Part shown: positions 36,763 through 46,773 of the stretch, in pieces | Position numbering within the stretch: position 1 is the first letter of the stretch | Layout: each line of letters starts with the position of its first letter | NCBI GenBank assembly: GCA_016934635.1 | Contig: JAFGSK010000017.1 | Coordinates: 4,987-68,986, forward strand | Reading direction: 5' to 3' | DNA from: a candidate division WOR-3 bacterium | Lineage (GTDB): Bacteria; Hydrothermota; Tepidihabitantia; B3-TA06 | DNA length: 64,000 nucleotides | Made by a program: the position numbers and the translations under genes | The notes under the pieces: generated by a model | Told to the model about the DNA's origin: nothing | Databases searched by the model: none | Seen by the model: only the letters and a program-made list of their open reading frames with translations

Positions 36763-37962
36763 CTACTGTAAGACCTTTTTTATCTTCTCCAGTGCCCAGT
36801 CTATCTCTTCTTTGGTTATTACCAGGGGCGGCGCAAATCTGATAACCTGGTGATGTGTTTCCTTGGCCAGGACACTCAAATCCCTTAGCTTCTCGCAGAA
36901 CGGTCGGGCAGCGCCCGAGCTTTCCTTGATGACCACCCCGATCATGAGACCCTTACCGCGAACGTGGTCGACATGAGGACTTTCTATCTTTTTCAGTTCC
37001 TCCATGAAGTACGAGCCGAGCTCGGCTGCCCTATCTGCAAGCTTCTCATCGATGAGTACGTTAAGGGAAGCCAGCCCTACTGCTGAGCCTAGGGGGTTGC
37101 CTCCGAAGGTGGAGCCGTGGTCCCCTGGATGAAAGACCTGCATGATATCATCGTCGCAGGCAATGCCGGACACCGGGTAAACCCCGCCACCCAGAGCCTT
37201 TCCTACGATGTATGTGTCTGGAACCACTCCCTCGTGGTCACAGCAAAACATCTTGCCGGTTCTGCCCAGCCCGGTCTGGATTTCGTCTGCAATGAGAAGA
37301 ACGTTCTTCTGTTTGCACACCTCAGCCGCTTGCTTGATGTAACCCTCCGGGGGTACAATCACTCCACCCTCGCCCTGAAGAGGCTCGAACAGGAACGCCA
37401 CCGTATCAGGTGTTATGGCTTTCTTTAAAGCCTCGATATCGCCGTAAGGCACGGTCACGAAGCCGGGTGTAAACGGCCCGAACCCGTCTCGATATTGCTC
37501 CTCGGTAGAGAATCCGACTATGGTTGTAGTACGTCCGTGAAAATTGCCCGCGCACGTTATTATCTCCGCGGCGTCCTCTTCCACACCTTTGACCTTGTAG
37601 CCCCATTTGCGAGCGGCCTTTATTGCGGTTTCCACTGCCTCGGCACCAGTATTCATGGGCAGGGCCTTTTCCTTCCCAGTAATCTCGCAGAGTTTTTTTA
37701 AGAACTCGCCCATCCGGTCGTTGTGAAACGCACGTGAGGTCAGTGTAATGCGTTCGGTTTGACCGATGAGCGCTTCGAGTACCCTTGGGTGACGATGTCC
37801 CTGGTTCACCGCCGAGTAGGCGGCCAGACAATCCAGGTACTTGTTACCGTCAACGTCCCATACCCATACACCTTCGCCCCTGGATAGCACTACGTTCAGG
37901 GGGTGGTAGTTCGAGGCTGAGTACTTCTCAGTCTGTGCAAGAATCTCTTTCGTTTTGGACAC
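36763..37962 (-). CDS. rocD: Ornithine aminotransferase (ornithine--oxo-acid transaminase), class III PLP aminotransferase
   Basis: ...LDCLAAYSAVNQGHRHPRVLEAL... (OAT-type SAVNQGH motif), ...ADEIQTGLGRTGK... with the PLP-binding Lys. Confidence 0.85.
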   Translation of the reverse strand: MSKTKEILAQTEKYSASNYHPLNVVLSRGEGVWVWDVDGNKYLDCLAAYSAVNQGHRHPRVLEALIGQTERITLTSRAFHNDRMGEFLKKLCEITGKEKALPMNTGAEAVETAIKAARKWGYKVKGVEEDAAEIITCAGNFHGRTTTIVGFSTEEQYRDGFGPFTPGFVTVPYGDIEALKKAITPDTVAFLFEPLQGEGGVIVPPEGYIKQAAEVCKQKNVLLIADEIQTGLGRTGKMFCCDHEGVVPDTYIVGKALGGGVYPVSGIACDDDIMQVFHPGDHGSTFGGNPLGSAVGLASLNVLIDEKLADRAAELGSYFMEELKKIESPHVDHVRGKGLMIGVVIKESSGAARPFCEKLRDLSVLAKETHHQVIRFAPPLVITKEEIDWALEKIKKVLQ

Positions 37963-38106
37963 ATTTCTCCTTTCTTGTTCACGGTTCCTTGATTTTTTAA
38001 AAAGGTCACTCGGAGTCTAATCACGGGAAATGGAATGTCAAACTTAAAATTATTTCGAAAGGAAAGGACGGTTTTACCGACCCTCGTGTATGTTAATGAT
38101 TTACGA

Positions 38107-39537
38107 CTACTTGATAAGTATTACCTTGCGGGCGTCTGATCTGACTTCTCCTATCGAACATATGAAATATACTCCAGGAGAAATGGTTTGGTGTGTTACC
38201 GTGATAGGCCAGGTGATGATTCCGGACTCGTTAGAAGAACGAATCTCGTCGACCTTGCGGCCTGAGGCATCGAACACCTGCACGTGAAAGCCTTCTGCAC
38301 GGTCGCGGTATCGAAGCACTATCCTTCGACCTACAGGTTGAGTTACGCACCAATCATCCTGAACGGCAGGAGACTCTTCAGCAACACTCACCGTGTCGCC
38401 CTCTGTGTCTGTCTTAACAAGCCACAAATCGTACTCTCCTGCACCGAAAGACCTGGTGGCTCCGGCAACGATGTAACCGTCGTCTGCGGCTTGATGCACA
38501 CAATAGCCTGCATCTGCATCTTCTCCACCATATATACGAGTCCAGATAGTATCTCCTTCGACGTCGGTCTTGACAAGAAAGAGATCAGTCCTCTGATCGT
38601 CCCACTCGGATGTATAACCGGTAATGATGTAGCCATCATCCGATGTAGGCTGTACCGAGCGGCCTACCCCACCCGACCATTCAACCAAGTCCACATCCAT
38701 TCTGCTCCACAGGGTGTCTCCATTCGAAGCTAACTTGAGCAGATAAAAATGGTACTTGCCGTCCCTGTACGGGGCGACGTAACCGGTCACGATGTATCCG
38801 TCGTCTGAGGTCTCCTGGGCCGCATAGCCTTTGCCGGGCCAGTCGTCTAAGGTTAACGTCCAGACCGTATCTCCATCTTCGTCGGTCTTTAATATCCAGA
38901 AGTGGTGCTCGGAGTAACCACTGACGATATAACCTGTATCCGAGGTCTCATGCACGCTAAATGCGCAAGCCTGATACTCAGCGCCATAGGTTTTTGACCA
39001 CTGGAATCCACCTTCAGAATCGGTTTTAATGAGCCAGGCTCCGGTCGTATCTCCCCAAAGTTCGGGCTGTCTGAAACCGGTTACGATAAACCCGCCGTCT
39101 GAAGTTTCTTGTACCGAGCATCCTACGCCTCCGGTGCTGTCAAAATCGAAATACCAGTCCATGTCGGAATGCCACCAGATCTCCCCACCAAGGGAATCAA
39201 GTTTCACGAGTCCTAGGTGATACTTCCCGTCATCGGTCGCCGCCATGTAGCCGGTTAATATATAACCGCAGTCTGAGGTTTCTTGGATCGAATACGCCTT
39301 ACCCCCAGTGAAAGCGAACGGCGTCGATGTCCAAAGGGTATCACCATTCTCATCCGTCTTCAGGATCCATCCTCCTGGTGATGTGGATGAATATCCAGCA
39401 ACGACGTAACCGCCTTCTGCGGTCTGGCACACACAGTATCCCTCATCATCCTGATTCTGGCCGTAGGTTTGCGTCCAGCCCGCAAGGCCTGTCAACGGCA
39501 CAAGAAAAACTCCTGAAAGACACACGATAAGTTTCAA
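38107..39537 (-). CDS. Secreted beta-propeller-repeat (SBBP-like) T9SS cargo protein
   Basis: Signal MKLIVCLSGVFLVPLTGLAGWTQTYG; repeats ...GWILKTDENGDTLWTST..., ...WLIKTDSEGGFQWSKTYG...; CTD ...PGVYFICSIGEVRSDARKVILIK. Confidence 0.65.
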   Translation of the reverse strand: MKLIVCLSGVFLVPLTGLAGWTQTYGQNQDDEGYCVCQTAEGGYVVAGYSSTSPGGWILKTDENGDTLWTSTPFAFTGGKAYSIQETSDCGYILTGYMAATDDGKYHLGLVKLDSLGGEIWWHSDMDWYFDFDSTGGVGCSVQETSDGGFIVTGFRQPELWGDTTGAWLIKTDSEGGFQWSKTYGAEYQACAFSVHETSDTGYIVSGYSEHHFWILKTDEDGDTVWTLTLDDWPGKGYAAQETSDDGYIVTGYVAPYRDGKYHFYLLKLASNGDTLWSRMDVDLVEWSGGVGRSVQPTSDDGYIITGYTSEWDDQRTDLFLVKTDVEGDTIWTRIYGGEDADAGYCVHQAADDGYIVAGATRSFGAGEYDLWLVKTDTEGDTVSVAEESPAVQDDWCVTQPVGRRIVLRYRDRAEGFHVQVFDASGRKVDEIRSSNESGIITWPITVTHQTISPGVYFICSIGEVRSDARKVILIK

Positions 39538-39593
39538 TGAATCCTCCTAATATTGAATGGTGCATTTCTTCTCCGGAGAAAAGGTCGCGTTTT

Positions 39594-41045
39594 TTATCGC
39601 ATTATCACAACCTTCCTGGTCAAGTTCGACCCGGTATCATCAATCCTGATGAAATATACACCTGGCTCGTAATGCTGACCCCAAATAATCACCCCGGACT
39701 GTTCCGGTGAGTGAATCTCTGAAACCTTGCGGCCCGAGGCGTCGAACACGTGGGCGTGAAAGCCAGAGGGTTGGTTTGAGTACTTCAGAACTATCTCTTG
39801 ACCTAAAGTCACAGATACATCCCAATTATCGAAGTTGCCCGGAGGTTCCTCTGAAATAGATAGAGTGTCCCCTTGAGCATCCGTTTTAAGAAGCCAGATA
39901 TCGTAACCTCCGGCACCGTATGATTCGGTTCCACCAACTACTATATAACCTTCGTCCGTGGTTTGGGCACCGCAATGAGCAAGATCTGCTTCTTGACCAC
40001 CGTAAGTCCGTGTCCATTGAGTATCGGCCTGTACATCCGTCCTTACGAGCCATAGGTCATCTATCTCTTCGTACCACTCGGAAGTAAATCCAGTAATGAT
40101 AAATCCACCTTCTGAGGTCTCACGTACGCATCTGGCCTCTCCACCACCGTATTCGGAAAGCCAACCCAAATCCATTCTGCTCCATAAGGTGTCACCTGCG
40201 GAATCAATCTTCAACAGGAAAAGGTGGTGTTTCCCGTCATCGAACGGAAACACGTAACCTGCGGAAATGAAGCCATTATCCGAGGTTTCTTCAACCCAGT
40301 AAGCCCTGCCGAAGAACCAATCAGGCATCCCGGTTATCCAGACGCTGTCACCTGCTTCGTTGGTTTTCAATACCCAGAAACTCAAAGGTGATGACGGGGT
40401 GGAGTAATCGGTGTATCCTGCGACAACGTATCCCCCATCAGAGGTAGTATTTACGCAGCGGCCAACGTCTTGTGAGGAGCCGCCGTACTTTCTTTCCCAT
40501 TCCAGTTCGCCTGTAGAGTCGGTTTTGATAAGCCATAAGTCCACGGTATCGGTGAAGATGAAGGGCTGCTTTGAGCCTGCTATTACGAAGCCGCCGTCAG
40601 GTGTTTCGTGCACCGAGTACCCGATCCCGCCGCTTGAATCGTGTCCGACCCAATCGGCGTCCATCCGGGTCCATAACTCCTTGCCTTCAGAATCGAGTTT
40701 AATTAAAACGAGATGGTACTTTCCGTCCAAGGTTGCCGCCTGATAACCGGTTGCCGCGTAGCTGCCATCCGAGGTTTCTATTACAGAGTACGCTGTACCT
40801 CCCATGAAACAGAATGGAGTCGAGGTCCAGAGGGTATCCCCGTTTTCATCCGTCTTTAATATCCATCCACCTGTAGTTGTTCCTGAATATCCGGCTATTA
40901 TATAATCACCGTCTACGGTTTGCTGCACGCAGTATCCCTCATCATCGGAGTCCTGGCCGTAGGTTTGCGTCCAGCCCGCAAGGCCTGTCAACGGCATAAG
41001 AAAAACCCCTGAAAGACACACGATACGTTTCATTGAATCCTCCAT
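39594..41045 (-). CDS. Secreted beta-propeller-repeat (SBBP-like) T9SS cargo protein (paralog)
   Basis: MKRIVCLSGVFLMPLTGLAGWTQTYG...; the same repeat family; CTD ...PGVYFIRIDDTGSNLTRKVVIMR. Confidence 0.65.
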   Translation of the reverse strand: MEDSMKRIVCLSGVFLMPLTGLAGWTQTYGQDSDDEGYCVQQTVDGDYIIAGYSGTTTGGWILKTDENGDTLWTSTPFCFMGGTAYSVIETSDGSYAATGYQAATLDGKYHLVLIKLDSEGKELWTRMDADWVGHDSSGGIGYSVHETPDGGFVIAGSKQPFIFTDTVDLWLIKTDSTGELEWERKYGGSSQDVGRCVNTTSDGGYVVAGYTDYSTPSSPLSFWVLKTNEAGDSVWITGMPDWFFGRAYWVEETSDNGFISAGYVFPFDDGKHHLFLLKIDSAGDTLWSRMDLGWLSEYGGGEARCVRETSEGGFIITGFTSEWYEEIDDLWLVRTDVQADTQWTRTYGGQEADLAHCGAQTTDEGYIVVGGTESYGAGGYDIWLLKTDAQGDTLSISEEPPGNFDNWDVSVTLGQEIVLKYSNQPSGFHAHVFDASGRKVSEIHSPEQSGVIIWGQHYEPGVYFIRIDDTGSNLTRKVVIMR

Positions 41046-41103
41046 TATTGAATGCTCCTTTTCTCCTCCGGAGTTTCCCCTTTGGAGACAAGATCGCTAC
41101 TTT

Positions 41104-42534
41104 TTATTCCATTAACACGACCTTCTTGGATGAACCTGACGCAACGGATTCAACCCTAATGAAATACACGCCCGGGCTGAACTCCTCGCCCCAACTAACG
41201 ATCCCGGTCTGCCCAGATGAGCGAATCTCGTCCACCTTGCGGCCCGAGGCGTCGAAGATATTTGCATGGAATCCTGAAGGACAATCCTTAAAACAGAGAA
41301 CGATCCTTTGACCCACCGGGTTCAATACATGCCAGTTTGATACTCCTGAGACCACAGGTTTCTCACTTACTGATAGCGTATCGCCTGCAACATCGGTTTT
41401 CAACAGCCAAATGTCGTAGCCCCCTGCACCGAAGGATTTTGTCGCTCCTGCCGCAATATAGCCGCCTTCGGTACATTGACCAACGCAGTAACCTATGTCT
41501 TCTGCTTCTCCACCATAGGTTCTTGTCCACTGGGTGTCCCCGGCTGGGCTTATCTTGATAAGCAATAGATCCAATATCTCATCAAGAAACCCGGTGGTAT
41601 AACCGGCAAGGATATAGTTGCCGTCTGAGGTCGGCCTTATGCATCGACCAACTCCTCCGAGTTCACCGGGAAAAAGATCAAAATCCCACTTACTCCACAG
41701 AGTGTCTCCGTCCGGATTGGTTTTCAGAACCATGAAATGATACTTGCCGTCCTCGAACGGAGCAACGTATCCTGTCGCCATATAGCCGCCGTCGGACGTT
41801 TCGGTAACGCCGTAGGCACTTCCGAAGAACCAGTCAACCATACCTGATGTCCACAACGTATCACCGACCTGGTCGGTCTTTAAGAGCCAGAAGCTCCAAG
41901 GCAAGGCAGACATCGTATACCCGGCCACGATATAGCCTCCATCTGCGGTCTGACATACGCATTGACCGCAGTCCGGAGCCTGGCCGCCGTAAGTGCGAGT
42001 CCATACAGTATCGCCATCCGAATCGAGCTTTACGAGCAAGAGATCGTCTATCTCATCGAACGCATGCGAGGTGGCGCCGGTAACTATGAAGCCCTTATCA
42101 GCGGTTTCCTGGATCGAGTATCCGATACTGCCCGGGGGATTCTCGAACCAGTCCCAGTCCCCCTTTGTCCATAAAGGATTACCGTCAGCATCGAACTTTA
42201 CCACGGTCATGTGGCATTTACCGTCCCAAAATGGTGCACTGTAGCCTGCTGCGACGAAGTCGCCTTCCGAGGTCTCGATCACCGAGTATGCCCTGCTTGT
42301 GGGCCATTCCTCCTGCGAGGCTACCGTCCATACCGTATCACCGTTCTCGTCGGTTTTGAGGACCCACAAGCTGTTTTCAGGCTGCGAATATCCTGCAACC
42401 ACGTAGTTTCCATCGGAGGTCTGGCATACACTAAAGCCCTTTTCGTCCTGAGCCGTACCATAGGTTCTCGACCAGCCTGCCTGGATCGATAAGGGTAAAA
42501 GGATTACCCCTAGAAAGAACGCAAATGTTTTCAT
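41104..42534 (-). CDS. Secreted beta-propeller-repeat (SBBP-like) T9SS cargo protein (paralog)
   Basis: MKTFAFFLGVILLPLSIQAGWSRTYG...; the same repeat family; CTD ...PGVYFIRVESVASGSSKKVVLME. Confidence 0.65.
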   Translation of the reverse strand: MKTFAFFLGVILLPLSIQAGWSRTYGTAQDEKGFSVCQTSDGNYVVAGYSQPENSLWVLKTDENGDTVWTVASQEEWPTSRAYSVIETSEGDFVAAGYSAPFWDGKCHMTVVKFDADGNPLWTKGDWDWFENPPGSIGYSIQETADKGFIVTGATSHAFDEIDDLLLVKLDSDGDTVWTRTYGGQAPDCGQCVCQTADGGYIVAGYTMSALPWSFWLLKTDQVGDTLWTSGMVDWFFGSAYGVTETSDGGYMATGYVAPFEDGKYHFMVLKTNPDGDTLWSKWDFDLFPGELGGVGRCIRPTSDGNYILAGYTTGFLDEILDLLLIKISPAGDTQWTRTYGGEAEDIGYCVGQCTEGGYIAAGATKSFGAGGYDIWLLKTDVAGDTLSVSEKPVVSGVSNWHVLNPVGQRIVLCFKDCPSGFHANIFDASGRKVDEIRSSGQTGIVSWGEEFSPGVYFIRVESVASGSSKKVVLME

Positions 42535-42890
42535 GTTTCCCCTTATGTTTAAAGGATACCATTCGGCATCCTGTTTACCATTCTTTTGTTCGCCAACACA
42601 CCTTCCACTTCCCTTCCCCCCCGCTTCCGACTCATCCCACTTTCTCCCTATAAACGCGTATCCGAACTGCGACTCACCCTATATCTATAGGCTCGATCGT
42701 AGCAACTTTAATACCAGACCTGTCATTAAAAGAGGAACTCTTTGAAAATAAAGCACTTGGAGCTTTGCATCGTCCGTAGAACGCCGATATTCACCTTCGG
42801 AAAGGTGCAAATTCTTGCTCCGAAGTGCAAAAAGTTGCATAACCTCCTGATATACTTTGAAACCTGTTAGGCTACAAAGAACCTCTATCC

Positions 42891-44483
42891 TTATCTAACG
42901 AGGACGGCCTTTCTAGGCAAGGCATCATTCATAAAAGGACTGATGAAGTAGACACCGGTTCGATAACCTTCGCCCCAGATTACCGTACCGGAGGCATCTG
43001 GGATGTGAATCTCGTCCACCTTTCTGCCCATAACGTCGAACACCTGGGCGTGGAAACCCTGAAGGCAGTCGACGTATCGAAGTACAATCCCTTGACCTAT
43101 AGGGTTAAGGATCTGCCAATTCCCTGAGGAGTTTTCGGTTGGTTCTTCGAAAAATCCAGCCGGACTGATATGTACTACCGGCAGGAAGTCAGACCCCTGC
43201 CGGTCTTTACAGCTGCCTATTGCGACCATGTCCTTATCTGAAACCACGTGGAAGACCGCAGGAACTTCACCGTTGGTGGATCGGTAGCATTCCCCCTGGT
43301 TCAGAAACCCTTTCCAAACGAATAGTTCGTCCGAGCTATTTTTTGGAGTGCGTGTAACCGTAACGTGGGTGTTGTCCTTAAATGCAATAACGTGAAGTCT
43401 GGAAGGAGAATCTTCATAAGTTACCTCTATAGGGAGATAAAACTCCTTACCCAATCCCAGTCCATCTGGGTCGATTCCTCGAGCCATGTAAAAAGCGCAG
43501 ATGTAGGTTTTGTCCAAACCGAAACTCCACCATTCGGTCTGGGAAAGCGAGATGGGCTTGTCGGAGCGGATGTAGACCGCTTCCCTAACAGGGATATTGA
43601 ACATCTTGACGTCGCCCTTCTCGGCGCAGAACTCCTCTCTGAACACCAGACCTGGATCATCAAGGGCGTGCATGGTTACCGTTGTATTGTCATTCCAGGA
43701 TATGATCTGACAATCCTGAGGGGTTCCTCCCCACGAATGCTGGTAGGCCATGAAATCTGTTCCTGTAAACGTTCCGTTGAACGAAGGGATATACATCCCG
43801 TTAACGCCGCAGGCGGTCATGGTGGAAACCGGGTATGTAGCTTCAACCGAGTAGAATACCGGCGGAACATCACCGTGATCCTGGATCCAGTACTCCGCAC
43901 TATCCAGATCGCCCTCGAATATGATCTGCTCGTTGTCCAGGTTGCGGACGATCACGTGCGTATTATCGTGATAGGCAAACACGACCATGCAGGCATCGTT
44001 GCCTGATGGAGCAGTCTTAGGCCCTACCGATAAGAGCTTGGTCCCCAAGGGTTTGCTCTCCTCATCCACCGCGTACCAGCAGCCTAAGCCTTGACCCCAG
44101 GGATCACCGCTGAGAACGGATACAGGCTCAGATGCAGTAACCAGGTAAACGCCCCATGGAATATCCTGGGCAAACAGGTACTCGTCCAGCATCAAGGTAT
44201 CTTCGGCCACTACGCCGCCTTCGGAATCGATTATCTTGCAGTGGTTGTCATCCTTAAAAGAGAATATCACGATGTCCCCGTAGGTATAGGCAAAGGTCAT
44301 GAAGGTATCCTCCGGGGAAAGCCGGGAGAAATCGAATCTGCCCACTTCGTGGGTCGGTTCCTGAGTCAGGGGGGTCATTCTATCGCTCCAGGAGACGTAA
44401 TCCTGGGCTCCGATCATAATCACGGGGATCAACACGATCCCGACGAACACTAAACGTTTCATCTTATCCTCCTTTATTATCAT
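42891..44483 (-). CDS. Secreted protein of unknown family with internal F.DNTHV.V repeats and T9SS C-terminal sorting domain
   Basis: Signal/TM MKRLVFVGIVLIPVIMIGA; repeats ...VVFAYHDNTHVIVRNLD..., ...ISWNDNTTVTMHALDD..., ...VIAFKDNTHVTVTRTP...; CTD ...TGVYFISPFMNDALPRKAVLVR. Confidence 0.6.
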   Translation of the reverse strand: MIIKEDKMKRLVFVGIVLIPVIMIGAQDYVSWSDRMTPLTQEPTHEVGRFDFSRLSPEDTFMTFAYTYGDIVIFSFKDDNHCKIIDSEGGVVAEDTLMLDEYLFAQDIPWGVYLVTASEPVSVLSGDPWGQGLGCWYAVDEESKPLGTKLLSVGPKTAPSGNDACMVVFAYHDNTHVIVRNLDNEQIIFEGDLDSAEYWIQDHGDVPPVFYSVEATYPVSTMTACGVNGMYIPSFNGTFTGTDFMAYQHSWGGTPQDCQIISWNDNTTVTMHALDDPGLVFREEFCAEKGDVKMFNIPVREAVYIRSDKPISLSQTEWWSFGLDKTYICAFYMARGIDPDGLGLGKEFYLPIEVTYEDSPSRLHVIAFKDNTHVTVTRTPKNSSDELFVWKGFLNQGECYRSTNGEVPAVFHVVSDKDMVAIGSCKDRQGSDFLPVVHISPAGFFEEPTENSSGNWQILNPIGQGIVLRYVDCLQGFHAQVFDVMGRKVDEIHIPDASGTVIWGEGYRTGVYFISPFMNDALPRKAVLVR

Positions 44484-44525
44484 ACTGACCGAACGCTCTA
44501 GGTTCGGCAGTAACCTGTAAAAAGG

Positions 44526-46061
44526 TCATTTCAACAGAACCACCTTCATAGGCGATCCTGAACCTTGCTCCGGTTTAATAAAATACACACCTTCCGGTTG
44601 ACCGCAACCCCAGGTAAGGGTACCGGATTCATCAGAAGAGTGTAACTCGTCAACCCAGCGACCCGAGGCATCGAAAACCCGGGCAAAAAAACCTCGTGGC
44701 ATGTTTTCGTATCGAAGGACGATTTGGGGACCTACGGCAGATGTGACCCGAATTTTAGGGTGTGTTTCAGGTTCGGGTTCCGAAACAGCGAGCGCTTCGG
44801 CATTAATAATCGGAAAGAAGTCTGCACCGTTGTCGTCGTAACAATTGATCAAAGTGCCTACGGTCTTATCTGCAATTACGTGATACGTTGCGGTTGCAGC
44901 CGCGTCCCAGGTCTCGGACGTAAAACGGTAGTCCTCTCCTGCGTTAAGTGTTCCTTGCCAGATAAAATCTTCAATCCCGGTGTATTTTTGTGTCCTTGTG
45001 ATGTTAATGTCGGTGTTATTCAGGTAAGCAATAACGTGAAGCCTCGACGGATGATCTTCACCGCCTGAGCAAACCAGGGGCAGATGAAACTCATTACCCA
45101 GTCCCAATCCTGAGTAATCCATACCCCGCATGAGGAAAAATCCTATTGTGGAGCTGCCGTAACTGGCATAAGGCGTATGTGAAACAGATATGTCCTTGTC
45201 TGAGTGGATGTAAATAGCCCTGCCGACGTGATCTTCTGCATAAGGCAGCGGGATACGCGTTCCCTGGATGATTCCCTTTTCAAGACAAAGGTGGTCCCAT
45301 ACTATGTCGTAGGGATTGTGAAGATCTGCCACCGTTACGTGGGTGCTGTCGAACCATGGAAGGACTGCAATATCCTTATCAAGATCCCTGTTTTGGTAGC
45401 AATAAGGGATGTAGGTCATGAAATCTCTGCCTGTGAACGTTCCGTTGAAGTCTGGAACGTACATCCCACCCATACCGTTGAGTGTAAGAGCGCAGATAGG
45501 CTTAGATGCCTCAACCGAATATGGAAACCCTTCTGGGTTATCCGGGTCATCGTGCCTATACAGATAATACTCGGCTGAGTCCAGATCGCCTTCCCACACG
45601 GAAACATTAGCATCCATATCCTCCAGCAAAACATGTGTGTTGTCTTGATAGGCAAATACGGCAATCGCAGCTTCAGCATAGTTCCCGGCGGCTTGAAGGC
45701 ATTTCGGTCCTACAGATAACAACTTAGTACTTAAGGGCTTAGAATACTCATCAACCGCTGCCCAAACCCCTAGTCCTGTGCTCCAGGGGTCTCCGCTCAA
45801 GACAGAGAACCGATTATTGCATGTTACCTTGTAAACCCCTGGTTCAAGGTCGGTTATTTGTTCGTGCTCCTCAATCATCAGAATCGTGGAGAAAACAGGT
45901 GTACCATCCTGTTCTTTAATCTCGAATTCGCTTGAGTTCTCGTAAGAGAATATTGCTATGTCGCCATAGGAGTAGACATAGGATAGCCAGACCTCTTCCT
46001 GGGCGAAAAGGGAACCTGTAGAATAAAAAAGAATACATGTAAGGATCATCTTAAGTCTCAC
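44526..46061 (-). CDS. Paralog of 42891..44483 (same unknown family, T9SS C-terminal sorting domain)
   Basis: MRLKMILTCILFYSTGSLFA signal; ...AVFAYQDNTHVLLEDMD..., ...VLPWFDSTHVTVADLHNP..., ...VIAYLNNTDINITRTQKY...; CTD ...EGVYFIKPEQGSGSPMKVVLLK. Confidence 0.6.
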   Translation of the reverse strand: MRLKMILTCILFYSTGSLFAQEEVWLSYVYSYGDIAIFSYENSSEFEIKEQDGTPVFSTILMIEEHEQITDLEPGVYKVTCNNRFSVLSGDPWSTGLGVWAAVDEYSKPLSTKLLSVGPKCLQAAGNYAEAAIAVFAYQDNTHVLLEDMDANVSVWEGDLDSAEYYLYRHDDPDNPEGFPYSVEASKPICALTLNGMGGMYVPDFNGTFTGRDFMTYIPYCYQNRDLDKDIAVLPWFDSTHVTVADLHNPYDIVWDHLCLEKGIIQGTRIPLPYAEDHVGRAIYIHSDKDISVSHTPYASYGSSTIGFFLMRGMDYSGLGLGNEFHLPLVCSGGEDHPSRLHVIAYLNNTDINITRTQKYTGIEDFIWQGTLNAGEDYRFTSETWDAAATATYHVIADKTVGTLINCYDDNGADFFPIINAEALAVSEPEPETHPKIRVTSAVGPQIVLRYENMPRGFFARVFDASGRWVDELHSSDESGTLTWGCGQPEGVYFIKPEQGSGSPMKVVLLK

Positions 46062-46085
46062 TTCTTCCTCCTTTTACTTAACGGG

Positions 46086-46457
46086 TATCACTTTCATGGT
46101 ACCAGGATTGCCCGTCTGGTTCGTTTAATGAAATACACCGCTCGCGGTTCGCCGCAACCCCAGATAAGGGTACCGGATACATCTGGAATCTCATCCACCA
46201 TCCTCAGCTTGCCTAACACAATTTCCCGCATGTTCAATCGTCCAAATGACTTTACCGTTTTGGTCAGTTTTTGTTAGTTTGGATCTTTTAGCCTCATACC
46301 CCTCCTCAAGCGTTTCATCTACACATAATGCATTACCTTCACCTCGACACCGCATCCAACCAGTGTGGGTTAGGGCAAGCAACAAAAGGAAGGTGGCCAG
46401 CTGAATTTCTTTAAGCATCCAGCTGAGTGGATTTATTAAAAAACCTCTCCTCTTCAT
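46086..46457 (-). pseudogene. Decayed T9SS cargo gene remnant: signal peptide plus one SBBP-like repeat (46191-46457) and, in a different frame, a C-terminal sorting-domain fragment (46086-46201)
   Basis: 46191..46457(-) translates MKRRGFLINPLSWMLKEIQLATFLLLLALTHTGW...LTKTDQNGKVIWT...CVRQAEDGG*. The reverse complement of 46100-46201 translates MVDEIPDVSGTLIWGCGEPRAVYFIKRTRRAILVP*, homologous to the CTD of 44526..46061 (nucleotide similarity to 44575-44660). Confidence 0.55.
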
Positions 46458-46773
46458 TATTCTATCTCCTTCAAATGTTTTGAAATCTCACCAGCCCCAA
46501 ACTATGGGTCTCTTTCGATTTTGGTGGGGGTAAAATAATTCTTCCGACCGATTCCGCCTCCTTTGTTTTGCTCCTCCGTCCCCACTCCAACCACAAAGAG
46601 CCGAGTTTCTGAGCGTGTCAGAAAGATCTTGGACGGAGAGCGCCGAACGAACCTTTGAGTGCAATCCGCCTCATATTTATAATAGTATAAAAAATAAGCT
46701 TGTCAAGCTTTCTAATTTAATCAAGTATCTGCAACCGGGAATAGTCCCCTTCCTGGACTGGAGACCCCGGTGT

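Noticed and set aside
38107-42534. Possibility that the beta-propeller repeat proteins are PQQ-dependent dehydrogenases or YVTN/NHL propellers
   Set aside because: The repeats lack PQQ-binding signature residues and enzymatic motifs. The 50-55-aa period with the D.WL.KTD..GD..W...YGG...D....QT.DGGY pattern fits the non-catalytic SBBP-type propeller better. This is still an inference made without an HMM search.
43365-44006. 213-aa plus-strand ORF
   Set aside because: Antisense to the T9SS cargo gene 42891..44483, whose product has a signal peptide and CTD. It has no independent features.
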